From Octopus vulgaris (taxonomy: Eukaryota): a stretch of DNA of 64,000 bases. How positions within the stretch are numbered: position 1 is the stretch's first letter; each line of letters starts with the position of its first letter. The stretch lies in NCBI GenBank assembly GCA_951406725.2, contig OX597815.1, positions 109,492,001-109,556,000 of the forward strand, written 5' to 3'. Below the pieces are notes generated by a model. That model was not told the DNA's origin. It saw nothing but the letters and a program-made list of their open reading frames with translations, and did no database searches. The translations under genes were made by a program, and so were the position numbers. Shown piece by piece: positions 42,494 to 56,350 of the stretch.

Positions 42494-42870
42494 ATGTATA
42501 TGTATATTATATATATATAATACACACACCATCGACAGGCTTCCACACTGTTTCTGTCTACTATTGATCCTACAGTAGGCATGGATCGCGAAACTGACAC
42601 GAGAGCACGTTGTTCCTTGTAACTATGCAATATGTTATACACATCCATCTAGCTGGTTGTCTATCTGTCTGTCTGTCTGCTCCCTCCCTTTGAACACCCC
42701 ACACACATACATACATATATACGTGTGTTTATGCAAGTGCATATCTATATGTGTGTGTGTAAGTGTAAATATATATATAAGTATGTATGTATGTATGTAT
42801 GTATGTATGTATGTATATATATATATATGTATGTATATATATGCATATATATATATATGTATGTATATGT

Positions 42871-42956
<86 letters not shown>

Positions 42957-42957
42957 T

Positions 42958-43008
<51 letters not shown>

Positions 43009-43882
43009 GGATGCATAAGATATTGTATGAATCTCGTATATAAATGCTCGCAAATACATATACATATATTCATATGTGCATATAACTGTGTATATGTGCG
43101 GCAATGTAAGTATGTATGTATGTATGTATGTATGTATGTATGTATGTATGTATGTATGTATGTATGTATGTATGTATGTATGCGTGTGTGTTTGTGCGTC
43201 TGTGCGTGCGTTTACGTATTCATGAAAGAGCACAAGAGCTGGAATCTTAAACGTGTTGGGTGTGGCACGCCCTTCGTGAGCTTCAACACAAAGCAATGCC
43301 CATACCTCTAAAAGATCCGTCGTGTTGCTCCTTTATGCGTTTATGAGTTCGTTTGTGCGTTTAAGTATCTACATAATATCTTTCTACCTTAACAAATCTA
43401 TTTTCGAATAGATATACGTACATACATACAAACACATATACATACATTAATACATACATACATACATACATACATACATACATACATACATACATACATA
43501 CTTACATGCAGACATAAACACACACACACGCATATATATACATATATATGTATGTATGTATGTATATGTATATATACTCAACCTATATATATATATATAT
43601 ATGTCATAGTGGTGCTCCAGCATGACCACAGCCGCATGACTGAAACGAGTAAAAGATCAAAAGAGATATTGTATATTATCTATAATATATGATATAACAT
43701 TATATATATAATGTTATATATATATATACATACATATATATACACGCGTGGCCTTACTTATAGTAATAGACCTCGATATAATAAAGTATTTTATGTTTAA
43801 GGAAAAATTATACATATTGTATTAATTTTTCCTTACTTGGTTTTCCACGCTGGCTCCTTGATAAACCTTATATAGATTTTAT

Positions 43883-43925
<43 letters not shown>

Positions 43926-44495
43926 CAGAAGTAACAGAGTAACTAAAATGGATGCATACCTTCACGTAACCAGGTTTATAGGAGAATTTACCAGAGGACA
44001 ACACTGAAAAAAAGTCTGAATTTAAAACTGTATTAATATTTGAGCAAGTGTGTGGATGTATGTGTGCGCCTTTTGTGTTTTTTAAAAAAAATATTCTTCA
44101 CTTTGTCCGTACAATCTTGTAGCTTGTCAAAAAGGTACCGCATAATACACGAGCATACAGAAATAGCAGATCGAGAAAAAAAATACTTATAAGGCGGTGC
44201 GTCAGCACGTCCCCAATTAAAAGCCTTTAAAAAGAGGATATGAAAAAAATTGAAGCGTTTCTCCACCTAATATCTTTCTGCAGGTATATACATACATACA
44301 TACATACAGTCATACACGCATACATAAAGACTTCCTTGCATATTTACATAAAGACGCAATACATGCATATATGTGAATGCGTGTGTACGAATTTATGAGT
44401 GGATACTTCTGCGTTTGCCTATCTATCTTTCTATCTATCTATCCATCTATCTGTTTATCTATTTGTCTTTCTCTGTTTCTGTGTCCCTGTATCAG

Positions 44496-44543
<48 letters not shown>

Positions 44544-44545
44544 CA

Positions 44546-44584
<39 letters not shown>

Positions 44585-44586
<2 letters not shown>

Positions 44587-44770
44587 CCCTTTTACAAAAA
44601 TGAAAGACGAAGGCAGGTGAAGGAACAACGAGCAGGTATAAGGTATTAGTTTTAGGTATTTTAGGTTTATGCATTAGTTTGACGCTCGAGAAGAATGGAA
44701 AAGTTTTGACGTTTCGAACCTAATCTCTTCAACAGAAAGGATTGAGAGGAAAAAAAATGAGAGAGAAAAA
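44585..44770 (-). mobile_element. Penelope-like terminal repeat fragment (family 2) with hammerhead-like motif at 44704-44739
   Basis: Minus strand reads ttt-CTGTTGA-A-GAGA-TTAG-GTTC-GAAA-C-GTC-aaa. Homologous to 28430-28600. Confidence 0.6.
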
Positions 44771-44867
44771 ATGTGTGTGTATATATATATATATATATAC
44801 ATTTGCATACACATGCACACACATGCACAGATACACGCACACACACACATACATATAGATATATATT

Positions 44868-44899
<32 letters not shown>

Positions 44900-45314
44900 T
44901 ATGTATACATATATGTATGTATGAATATATTCATTCGTATATTTATATAAATATATATTATAGATATTAATATATATATATATTATGGATATTAATATAT
45001 ATATGCGTATGTGTATATATGTATATATATATGTATGCATGCATGTAGGTATGTGTATATATTCTATACATTAATATATATGTTATTTATATTTTGTCCT
45101 TTACTTCTTTCAGTCATTGGACAGCAGCCATGCTTGGGCACCTCCTTATATGGTTTTCATCTAACTAATCGACCTGACTATTTATTTTATTAAATTCTGG
45201 TAGTTATTTTATCGGTTGTGTATTACTGGCATCTGTTGTCAAGCAATGGTGAGACACACACACACACACACACACCCATATATATATATGTTTATATATG
45301 TCTATATATACATA

Positions 45315-45544
45315 TTCTTTTACTCTTCATTTGTATCAGTCATTTGACTGCGGCCACGCTAGAGCACCGTCTTAAAGGGATTTTTTTACCGAAGAAAAAA
45401 AATTATTCTTTGTAAGCCTAGTACTATTCTATACGCCTCTTTTGCTGTACTGCTAAGTTAAGGGACGTAAAGACACAAACACCAGTTGTCAATCGGTGAT
45501 GGTGGGGGCCAAACACAAACACAAAATAATACAGATATGAATAC

Positions 45545-45598
<54 letters not shown>

Positions 45599-45611
45599 CT
45601 CTCTCTCTATA

Positions 45612-45654
<43 letters not shown>

Positions 45655-45863
45655 GCACCCCACACATATACGCGCACGCACACACACACTCATATACGCC
45701 GGGCTTTTTGCAGTTTCCATCTACCGAATCCAATCGCAAGGCTTTGGTCGGCCCGAGACTATAGATCGAGACACTTGCTCCAGGCGCCATGCAGTGCAGT
45801 GGGGCTGAGCCGGGAACCATGTGGTTGGGAAACAACCTTCTTAGAACATAACCCCGCCTACGC

Positions 45864-45938
<75 letters not shown>

Positions 45939-46303
45939 GTGTGTGTGTGTGTGTGTATGTATATACATATATTATGTATATGTAAATGTTGCTTCCCAAC
46001 GGCATAATGTTACCTTGGTCATGTCTTCTACTATAAGCTCGGGCCGACCAATGTGTTTTGAATGACTTTGACGAAAAATGTAAGAAACCCTTCGTATACA
46101 TATCTATATATATATATATGTATATGCGTGTGTTTTTGTGTCTGTGTTTGTTGACGACCCCGTAATCTAGCGTTTCGGCAAAAGTAACGTTGGAATATCT
46201 ACCAAGCTTAAAAAAATAAATAGTGCTGGTGTTGATCCGTTCGAATGAAAAACTCTTCAAGGCTCCGCCCTTGTACAGCTGCAGTGAAATGGCTGAAACA
46301 TGC

Positions 46304-46379
<76 letters not shown>

Positions 46380-46725
46380 CTTGATTCAGCCAATGGACAA
46401 CGGCAATGCTGGTGCCGCCTTAAAGGGTGTTAGTCGAAGAAATCGACCCCAGGACTTATTGTTTGTAAACCTAGTACTTATTCTATCGCTCTTTTTGGCC
46501 GATCCGCTATGTTACGGGTACATAAACACACTAGGAACGGTTATCAAGCGATAGTGTATGTGTGTGTTTGTGCGTATGTGTATACGACGGAATTCTTCTT
46601 GTTTCCGCCTACCAAATCCACTCATAAGGCTTTGGTTGGCCGAGGCTATAGTAGAAGACGCTTGCCTAAGGTACCACAGAACCATGTGGATGAGAAGCAA
46701 GCTTCTTACCACACACCCACTCCTG
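45315..46725. mobile_element. Cluster of three SINE family A copies (~45315-45865 -, ~45985-46285 +, ~46385-46725 -)
   Basis: Family A conserved blocks in alternating orientation. Confidence 0.8.
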
Positions 46726-46727
46726 CG

Positions 46728-46801
<74 letters not shown>

Positions 46802-46884
46802 TTATAAGCTATCGGGTCCCCGGCTTTGGCTGGGAGCCCGAAAGTGCTGATGCTCCAGTATTCGGGACGAATGCTTCCCTGAAA

Positions 46885-46954
<70 letters not shown>

Positions 46955-46968
<14 letters not shown>

Positions 46969-47174
46969 TTTCAGGGAAAATACAAACAAGAAAGCACAAA
47001 AGAAAAAACACAACAACGCGAGGACGTGGAACAAATATAGTATTATTGGACGCTCAGAAAAGAAGGAGGGTTTAACGTTTCGAGCGGAGCTCTTCGTGGG
47101 AAACATAGGGGAAGGAAAGATCCAGAAAAGGGAAGACAGAGGAAAAAAATCGCCAATGGTACACACGAGGTCAC

Positions 47175-47175
<1 letters not shown>
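46955..47175 (-). mobile_element. Penelope-like terminal repeat fragment (family 1), mutated hammerhead core at 47070-47104
   Basis: Near-identical to 7532-7750; the core reads CCCACGA instead of CTGACGA. Confidence 0.7.
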
Positions 47176-47209
<34 letters not shown>

Positions 47210-47306
47210 TGTATGTATGTATGTATGTATGTATAAGGTCAGGAGAAGTGTGAAGTTAGAGTATATGCATATATATATATTACTATGAAGCATTGTGTAG
47301 AATATA

Positions 47307-47597
47307 TTGTATAAGGGATCGTGGGTAAGGCCAAAACAATGCGAAGTAAATGCAAGGTAAATCGCCAGAAAACAAATTTATGAATTAATGTAGATTTACC
47401 TTGTATTCAATATTTCGGGGTTATGACCCCATTTTCAAGAAAATAAACGAATGCTGCTGTTTATTTTCTTAAAATGGGGTCACGACCCCGAAACATTGTA
47501 TACAAGGTATGTCTACATTAGTTCATGTATTTTTTCTTGTGATTTACCTTGCATTTACTTCGCATTGTTTTGGCCTTACCCACGATACTTTATACAA
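47307..47597. repeat. ~290-bp imperfect palindrome (foldback)
   Basis: Left arm ATCGTGGGTAAGGCCAAAACAATGCGAAGTAAATGCAAGGTAAATC pairs with right arm GATTTACCTTGCATTTACTTCGCATTGTTTTGGCCTTACCCACGAT. Pairing continues inward to a 10-nt loop at 47449-47458. Confidence 0.95.
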
Positions 47598-47598
47598 C

Positions 47599-47648
<50 letters not shown>

Positions 47649-47674
47649 AGAGAGAGAGAGAGGGAGAATGAGTG

Positions 47675-47905
47675 TGCATAGCTAAATGGGTAAGGTTTTG
47701 TACTCACGACCGCTAGATCGTGATTTCAATTCCTAAACAGAGTGGTGCGTTGTGTTCTCAACCAAAACGCTTCATCTGACGTTGCTCTATGATTACTCGG
47801 ATACCTGACGCGTGCTACACAGTGCACCTGCTCAAACTACGTCGATTTGATGGAGAGAGAGTGAGCTAATGTGCAAAACGAACCTTTGATCCCAATAAAC
47901 AAATC
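47675..47905 (+). mobile_element. Degenerate tRNA-head SINE
   Basis: TAGCTAAATGG...ACTCACGACCG...TTTCAATTCC head plus a CORE-like TTGTGTTCTCAACCAAAACGCTTCA segment related to 51367-51678. Confidence 0.6.
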
Positions 47906-47982
47906 ATTTATTTGTGCTGGTCGTTTGGCAAAAGGTAAACGCCTACACGTCGTCTTCGACAAGTGAATCCATCATGTATATA

Positions 47983-48119
<137 letters not shown>

Positions 48120-48623
48120 ATATATATACATATATATATATAAAGAATCTTGCAAACCAAATCCAAAAACGAAACATATATATGTATATATATATATGTA
48201 TGTACGTATATACAAACACATCCCCCCACTCACACACAAGCACACACATGAATACATGATGTCTTTATAAGTATGCGTACACGATAATATTCTTATGGTG
48301 ACATACACACCCTCAAGTATAGATGTATACATATGCCAATCCTGTTTTGGTTTATTCACAGACACGATAACCGCGTCTAAGAAAACTATGTATGCACTAT
48401 GTATGCTGCATATACATACCTTTGTTATATATCTATATATGTATGTATATGCGTGTATGTCCATAGTAATATAATTAAAACTAACATTATATCACATCGT
48501 TTATATTGTGAGCTTTACGGAGAAATTTCACGCATATGTTTGTGATTTGTGAATGGATGGATGTATATGTGCGTGCCTATACGCATAGACACACACCCAC
48601 ACCCACATACATATATATATATG

Positions 48624-48685
<62 letters not shown>

Positions 48686-49664
48686 CATATGTGCGGTGTG
48701 CATGTGTGTGTCTATGCATATATGTTTGTATGTTTGTGTATGTTCGTGGATGTGTTTTGTCTTCCACCACCGTGCGACAACCGCTGTTGATTGTTTGGGT
48801 CCCCGTAATCTTGTGTTTCAACAAGAGACATGTTGGTAAATTAAGGCTAAAAAGAAATTAGTACTATATGTGTGCATGTCTATGTGTATATATGTGTGGG
48901 TGGGGGGTGGGGGGTATGCGTGCATGTATGAGTGTATGTAGCTACGCCATTGTTCAGTTTTATTTCAATGTTTTTTTGCCCATAGAGAAAGAGCTGGTTT
49001 CTAACCTGGATCCAAGGCCCCTTCATTGGAATTTCAATATCAACAACAGGGTATTTTTGTTTGTATGTATGTATGTATGTATGTATGTATGTATGTATGT
49101 ATGTATGTATGTATGTATGTATATGTAGAGATTGTATATATGCATGCATGTATATATTTATTTCCTCATGTTGGTTTCGGTTTACTAAATAGACATGTAG
49201 AGCTAATGTGTAAATTGACCCGTAGTTCGCCCTCAAGGTCTCGCTTTACAAACCCGTCGGGAATGTTTACTTGAAGAGAAAACGAGCGAGTGAGAGGGAA
49301 ATCGAGAGAGAGAGAGAGAGAGTGAGAGAGAATATGAGAGAGAGAGAGAGTCGGTGAGAGGAAGAGATTGAAAAAAGAAAAAGAAGAAAAGCAAGAAATA
49401 GATAGCGGTCGTGGGCGTATTTTCGAACTGCCTATGAAAAACGTAAATAACAACAGGTTCTGCTTTTCTTCATTTGCATAACCTTACATCCGGTGACTAT
49501 GTGAATTCAAGAGTTAAACTATTTAAATCTTATTTAAACTCCTTCACAAACATGCTCTCATTGTGCATTTGTTAATTAATAATACATGTGCCGGACGAAT
49601 ATACTTACAGTTAATGCTCGTGTGTAAAACCAGAGACTGTTATTTACAGCATTTTAAAAAATAA

Positions 49665-49975
49665 GTATTGCAGGCGTGGCTGAGTGATGGAATGTTCTGG
49701 GTTCAATTCCACTCCGTGGTACTCTGCGTAGGTGTCTTCTACTATGGCCCCGGTTTTGGTGAAGAGAAACCGAAAGAAGTTCGAGTGTATATTGTACTGG
49801 TTTGTTTGCAACTACATAACTCAGTGGTTCAGCAAAAGGCACCGACTGGATAAGTATTAGGCTTGAAATAAACAAAAGTAAATACTGGAGTCGAGCTGTT
49901 CAGCTGAAATCCTCCAAAGCGGTGTCCCAGCTTGATTCCAGTCCAGTGACTAAAAGAAGTAAATGACGAAAAATA
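49665..49975 (+). mobile_element. Degenerate SINE family A
   Basis: GCAGGCGTGGCTGAGTG...GGGTTCAATTCCACT...GTGTCTTCTACTATGGCC...TAACTCAGTGGTTCAGCAAAAG blocks. Confidence 0.75.
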
Positions 49976-51366
49976 AACAATAACCCTACACACTCTCCCT
50001 CACTCTCTCCTTCCTCTTCTCTCTATCTCTTTCTCTATCCATCTCTTTCTCTATCCGTCTCTTTCTCTATCTATCTCTTTCTTTATATTCATAGATCGAA
50101 AAACTTAAACACTTGTTATGGGTCTCTCAAAGACAAACTAAATAAGTCAAGTTTTACTTCACCTATTTTTTTGTTGCAAAATCCCTTTTGTTTAATCAAA
50201 GAATTTAATTTGTATAACGAAGCTAATTTATGAAATTTTGTCTCCAAGTTTATATAATCATATAATTATATTTAACAGAGGCACCAACGCTTTTTATGAT
50301 TATTTTTATATAGATGTCTGTTCAGTACATGTTGTGGCAGATAGCGCCCAAAATTTTGCTTCCGCTGAAGGAAGGTAAAAAGAAACATGTTCGGAGTTGC
50401 CTACCTTGCTACCTGGGCTTGAACAGTGATACTGCGAAACTGATATACCTCCCCTCCATACCTATCCATCTACCTACCCATCAGATACATACATACACAC
50501 ACACTCGCACACATGTTAGGGAGTGAAAAGTACAAATCATGCAAAAATTGAACCAAAGGATGTTGCATATGCACATGTGAGAAGATCCTCATACTTTGAA
50601 TACATACATGCATGAATGTATGCATACATACACCTATTAAATACGTATAGGTGTGAGTCTGTGTGCGTGTACATACATACATGCATTCACACATACATAC
50701 ACATATACGTACGCACACACATACATGCATACATGCATGCATACATACATATATATATACATACATATATGTATAAATAAATTGCACCTCATATTCCAGG
50801 CTCCGAACAGCGTTACTCAGTCATTCAACAATGAGTTCACTACATTTCACAGTCGAAACAACTGTAAGCTAATGAATAAAATAACAATAAGTTAATCGCT
50901 TTGTACATTGGCATTTCGTTTTCTTAAATAAACACTGAAATACACATACATAGAGGTTTACTTATATTTATATATTTCATATAATATTGCTGCCTTAAGG
51001 AGTTTTTGTTTGTTCAAAATCACACCCTACCTTATTCTAGTTTGTTTTAGCAATATCAATTTCTTGGATCAGTAAGTTAACTTTCCAGTAAATGACCGAA
51101 TCCGTCACGGGGTATGTATTACAAACATGCGCACCTGAAAAAATAGTTCAGTTACAAAGAGCCGTGTATTTCGCACTTGCGATTTTGTCAAACATAATGG
51201 TTCACATGATCGCATGATTCGAACCTAGTGCAGAAAGTTTGGATGCAATTGTTAACTAAAATACTAAATAATTATTAATTGTAATTAAATATTTTCTTTG
51301 CATTAACGTCTTGCCCCTTTCCTTTAAGTTGGCTACGAGCGTTCCCTCTAACCCTTTTTACATTAC

Positions 51367-51678
51367 TGGCACTCCGTCGCTTACGACGACGAGGGTTCCA
51401 GTTGATCCGATCAACGGAGCAGCCTGCTCGTGAAATTGACAAGTGGCTGATCACTCCACAGACATGTGTATCCTTAACGCAAGTCTCAATATTCAGCGTA
51501 ACACAGAGTGTGACAAGGCCGATCCTTTCAAATACAGGTACTACTCATTTTTGCCAGCTGAGTGAAATGGAGCAACGTGAAATAAAGTGTCTTGCTTAGG
51601 GACGCAACACACCGTCGCGAATCGAACTCGCGACCCTACGATCGTGAGCCGAATTCCCTAATCACTAAACCACGCGCC
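51367..51678 (-). mobile_element. tRNA-derived SINE (CORE-like body 2 + tail X)
   Basis: Head GGCGCGTGGTTTAGTG...GAGTTCGATTCG, CORE-like TTGCGTCCCTAAGCAAGACACTTTA, and a tail homologous to ~200-385. Confidence 0.85.
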
Positions 51679-52249
51679 TTTTATACATACATGCATATAT
51701 ATATAACAGCTTGCATAACCCCGCAAGACTCTTACATACAAAGCCAAGTAGTCCAGAAACAAGCAAGAGGGAGAGCTCCGGTTTCGCAAAGTGGTGAGTG
51801 TTATGTCAGAACTTCCTTCTCCTATAACAACGACATTCAGATGTTGGATGACCATTGAATCTAATGAGTTCACCCATCATTTGACAGATTCCGTCTTTCG
51901 TCCTACAGAGTGTTCAACAAAAACAACCTTCCTGACTAAGCAAACTTAGTAGGATTGCCAGATTAGTCACCAACGACCCGTCCATTCGGCAGGTCGTGCA
52001 GGATTACATGTTCCCAGTAGCAGCAAGAGACTCCTGACGCACATACTTCTAATGGGCTTATTCTTCAACAACATAATTTTACACACACACTTGTTATTAA
52101 ATTCTGATTCCACTCCCGGTTACCCGGGTGGCATCACAGAATTCGTGGTAACTCTACCCATCTAAGCAATCATTACATATATGTGTACACCAGGTATTAT
52201 CAAGATGATTATCGACTGCGCCTGCTGCAACCTTATTTTTCAATGAAAA

Positions 52250-52915
52250 TCCATGTCTAGTTGAAGATTATTGCTAAACAATCTAGTGTGTCATTGCTTT
52301 TCATGCTATCTATAGGGTGTTCAGTTATTACACCAGATTTTGAAATAATGTTTTACGATTGTTATGATGGCTGGAATATTCAAGGCTTAAGACTGCATTA
52401 AATTTAGCATGATATTTAGCAAGTTTGTGATCGATATCCTCAAATAAATGATCAGGCTTTTGGCAAACAGAGGTTTTAATGTGGTACACATTTTTCAAGG
52501 CCAGTCGTATGTCTGTTAAATATGATAAGAGTTCATGGTAATTCTTCAATACAAAATCTCCCGAAAATGTGGGGAGTTTTAAGACGTCAACTACGAAAAC
52601 TATTGCTGAACACACAATTTGAATTAGCGTTGGATCTTGTCAGCATAAAACCTGAACCTGCATCGTGTTGCTATAAAGTTTTGCCCGTATATCACAGTAT
52701 CATTTCGCTATATTTTTTCAAAAAGAAATTAAAGTTGAAGCGGTAATACTTCAAGATTGTTGCTGGAATTCAAACCGAATCATAGACAATTGGATGGATA
52801 AAAACAAAAGTCCACAAAAAGAGGAAATGCACAGTGATTTTGACACCCGCAAAACTCGATGGAATAGCGTTTTGTGAACGCTAGTACGTTTCATTGAAAG
52901 CAAAAATTTCGAAAG
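52250..52915 (+). pseudogene. Decayed hAT-superfamily transposase fragment
   Basis: Colinear motifs across frameshifts and stops: EIIAKQSSV/IAFHAI; SISSNK*S (compare SISLDEWS, first catalytic Asp region); MIRVHGN; and D..KTRWNSVL*TLVRF (TRWNS at 52854-52868), the hAT signature. Confidence 0.7.
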
Positions 52916-53207
52916 TAATGTTACCATAACACAAATAAATATCCATATATCCATCCATGCATACATATATACATTCACATTGCATATGCGAGTGCGCATG
53001 CGCGCGTGTGGATATCCAAATATTTCTACATATATAGTTTTCTGTTTGTATGCATGTGCATACCTGAGTGTGTGTTCATTTACGCGTATAGATGTATAAA
53101 GGTATTGTATATAAATATATATATATATATGATACACACACACACACACATATATACATACATAAATATACGTGTATTTATATGTATATGCATATATATC
53201 CATATCA

Positions 53208-53257
<50 letters not shown>

Positions 53258-53567
53258 GTATGTGTGTATATATACAAATATACATAAATACATACATACA
53301 TATATGTATACAAATATGCAAATATTTAGATGCAAGATATATCAGTATCCTTCTTAAATATGCACCTGTATTGAGTATATGTGTATATTTGCTATATAAA
53401 TACATACCCTGGTGCCTACTTTAATTTAACAGTTATTATATAAAAATTCCCAACGGAGATGTTTAAAATAACATGAAAGTACTGTCGTAAATACGAAAAT
53501 ATGTTGTGAAAACCTGCGTATGATGCAGCTAAATTGGCACGTATAATTACGTAGATAGATAGATAGG

Positions 53568-53675
<108 letters not shown>

Positions 53676-53694
53676 CAGATAGACAGACAGATAG

Positions 53695-53797
<103 letters not shown>

Positions 53798-53970
53798 CCT
53801 ATATATGTACACACACACTGTATATATTTATGTGTGTGTGTGTTTCTATGTATTATATAATGGGTGTATAAGTATCTGTGTGTGTTTATGACTATATATG
53901 TGCAGCTCTACACTTACACCTATATACAAGTACTCATACACAAACACGCACACATATACCCATATACATA

Positions 53971-54024
<54 letters not shown>

Positions 54025-54161
54025 CATCTCTTGCTCTCGTTTTCTACACTATTTTAAAATATATTTTTCTACAATAAATTCTTTAAGGGATACTACATCG
54101 TGGTACTTTATGTTACGAGTGTGCGAGTGCATGCGTCCATGTATGTGTGTATATGGTGTGT

Positions 54162-54220
<59 letters not shown>

Positions 54221-54628
54221 AGCACAAATTAATTCATAACTTTATGAGTATTTGAACAATTTTGAGGAAAATACCTCGTTAGCACTAATTATACAATACT
54301 CTCTGGAGTATCTGCTTTATGACGGAGTACGCACACACGCGCACACATATCAATATACTTACACATAAATTAATAATGACACATATTATATAATGAAGGC
54401 ACATACATATATGCACATGCATAAATACACACATACTTGCATACATATATGTATACACATATATATTTGCATGTGTGTATATTTGCATACCTGCGCGTAT
54501 AGATGTATATATATCTATATATAACAGTTTGTGTGAATATATCATGTATATATATATATCTGAGCGCCTATTAATAATAATACTGTAATTGTTCCTTTGT
54601 TGTTGTTTTTTTGTTTCCCGTTTGGATT

Positions 54629-54672
<44 letters not shown>

Positions 54673-55109
54673 CATATACGTAGATAGTAGATATAATATA
54701 TATTGTATGTATTACATGATATATACATAAACCATACAATTCTATACGTGTGTGTGTGTGTGTATATGTTTGTGTGAGTTTGTGTGCTTATATTATATAC
54801 GTAATAAACACATTCATTCACATATACCTACGCCTTATATACGGTTTGACTTTCCGTAATATACATAGATGCAAATTTTCAAACGAACACACATAGACAC
54901 ACACACATATGCACACACATACACACATACACAAATATACACAAATAGACATGCGCATATGCATACTCAAAATCTTATATGTAAACACTATCCCTTCAAT
55001 GCCACTTAGCTAAGAAGACACGGGCTCTGTGTGTATTTTATATACATGCAAATACACACACACACACACACACCTAAGTACACATATGTCTACTAACAAA
55101 CACACTCCA

Positions 55110-55152
<43 letters not shown>

Positions 55153-55409
55153 TATGTGTATGTATGTATGTATGTATGAATCTTTCAAAAATTTGACAAA
55201 ATCCCAGCAAATGGAAAATTTAAAATAATTACGCACTAGTTATTGTTTTACTTATATATATATATATATATACATATATATATACATATGCTTCTGTGTG
55301 GGTGTGTTTGTGTGTGTGTGTGTGTGTGTTAGTGTGTGTGCACGCGCGTTTGCCCGTGGTGACTGTATGTGTGTATATATGCGTGTTTTTGATGCCATAA
55401 GTTGCCGTC

Positions 55410-56133
55410 ATCTATTTTCCGTTTCTCCTCCTCCTTGTCCTTCTACATTTCTCTACATTTCTTCTTCTAGTCTTTTAATTTTCTCTCTGTTTTTAAAGAC
55501 ACCACCCTCTCCTTCCTGTTCTTCGTCTTCCTTCCTTCCTTCCTTCCTTCCTTCATCTCTCTCTTTCTCTCTTGCTCTTAATTCTTTTCCTTTTCTTCCT
55601 CGTTCACCTTCCCCCGTTTTTACCTCTTCTTATCTTTTTTCCTGTCCTAAGTTCCGCACACGCCTTCCTCCTCCCCTTCCTCCTCCTTTTCCTCTTTGTT
55701 TTACTTTCTCCTCTTCTTCCTTCTCCTCTTCCTTTTCTTAACTCTACACATTCCACCTTTCCTCCTTCCCCCCTGCCCTTCTTTTTCTTACTTTCTTCTT
55801 TTCTTATCACCTTCTTATCTTTCTCAACTCCTCCCTCAATTTACTCCTTATTTGTTCATTCCCTCTCAATTCTTTCAATCGCTTTCTCTCCATTCGCTTT
55901 CTTTTCTCTCTCTCTCGTTCCTTCTCCTTTCCCTCCCGTCATTCAATCAAGACACTCCTCTTTCTTCCTTCCTTCCCCGTCTTCCTTCTCTTCCTTCCGT
56001 TTCCTTTATCACCTCTTCTTGTCTTCCTTCATATTTTTCTTTCCTTCCTCTTTTCTTTAATTCCAAACACACCCTCCTCTTTTTCCTTCCTGTCATTCTC
56101 AGTTTTTTTCCACTTTTCTTCTCCTTCTTTCAT

Positions 56134-56181
<48 letters not shown>

Positions 56182-56350
56182 TCATTTTATTCAAAACAAA
56201 CACACACACGCGCGCGGACTCAATTTCTTCTCCAAACTCTTCATATTACTTATTCTTTCCTCTTTTCTTTCACATTCATTCTTGTCGTTTCTTCCTTCTC
56301 TTCATTCCACATTCTCTTTCTATTTCATTTCTTTTTCCTTATTTCCACAT
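55410..56350 (+). repeat. ~0.95-kb polypyrimidine/polypurine low-complexity tract
   Basis: Strongly C/T-biased plus strand; source of the F/S/L/P-rich ORFs at 55298-56784. Confidence 0.9.

Noticed and set aside
46808-46872. Additional hammerhead (GC hairpin, GAAA, CTGATG)
   Set aside because: The box reads CTGATGC rather than CTGANGA and I could not build consistent stems.
52328-52615. 95-aa protein-like minus-strand ORF
   Set aside because: Better explained as the antisense of the decayed plus-strand hAT transposase.
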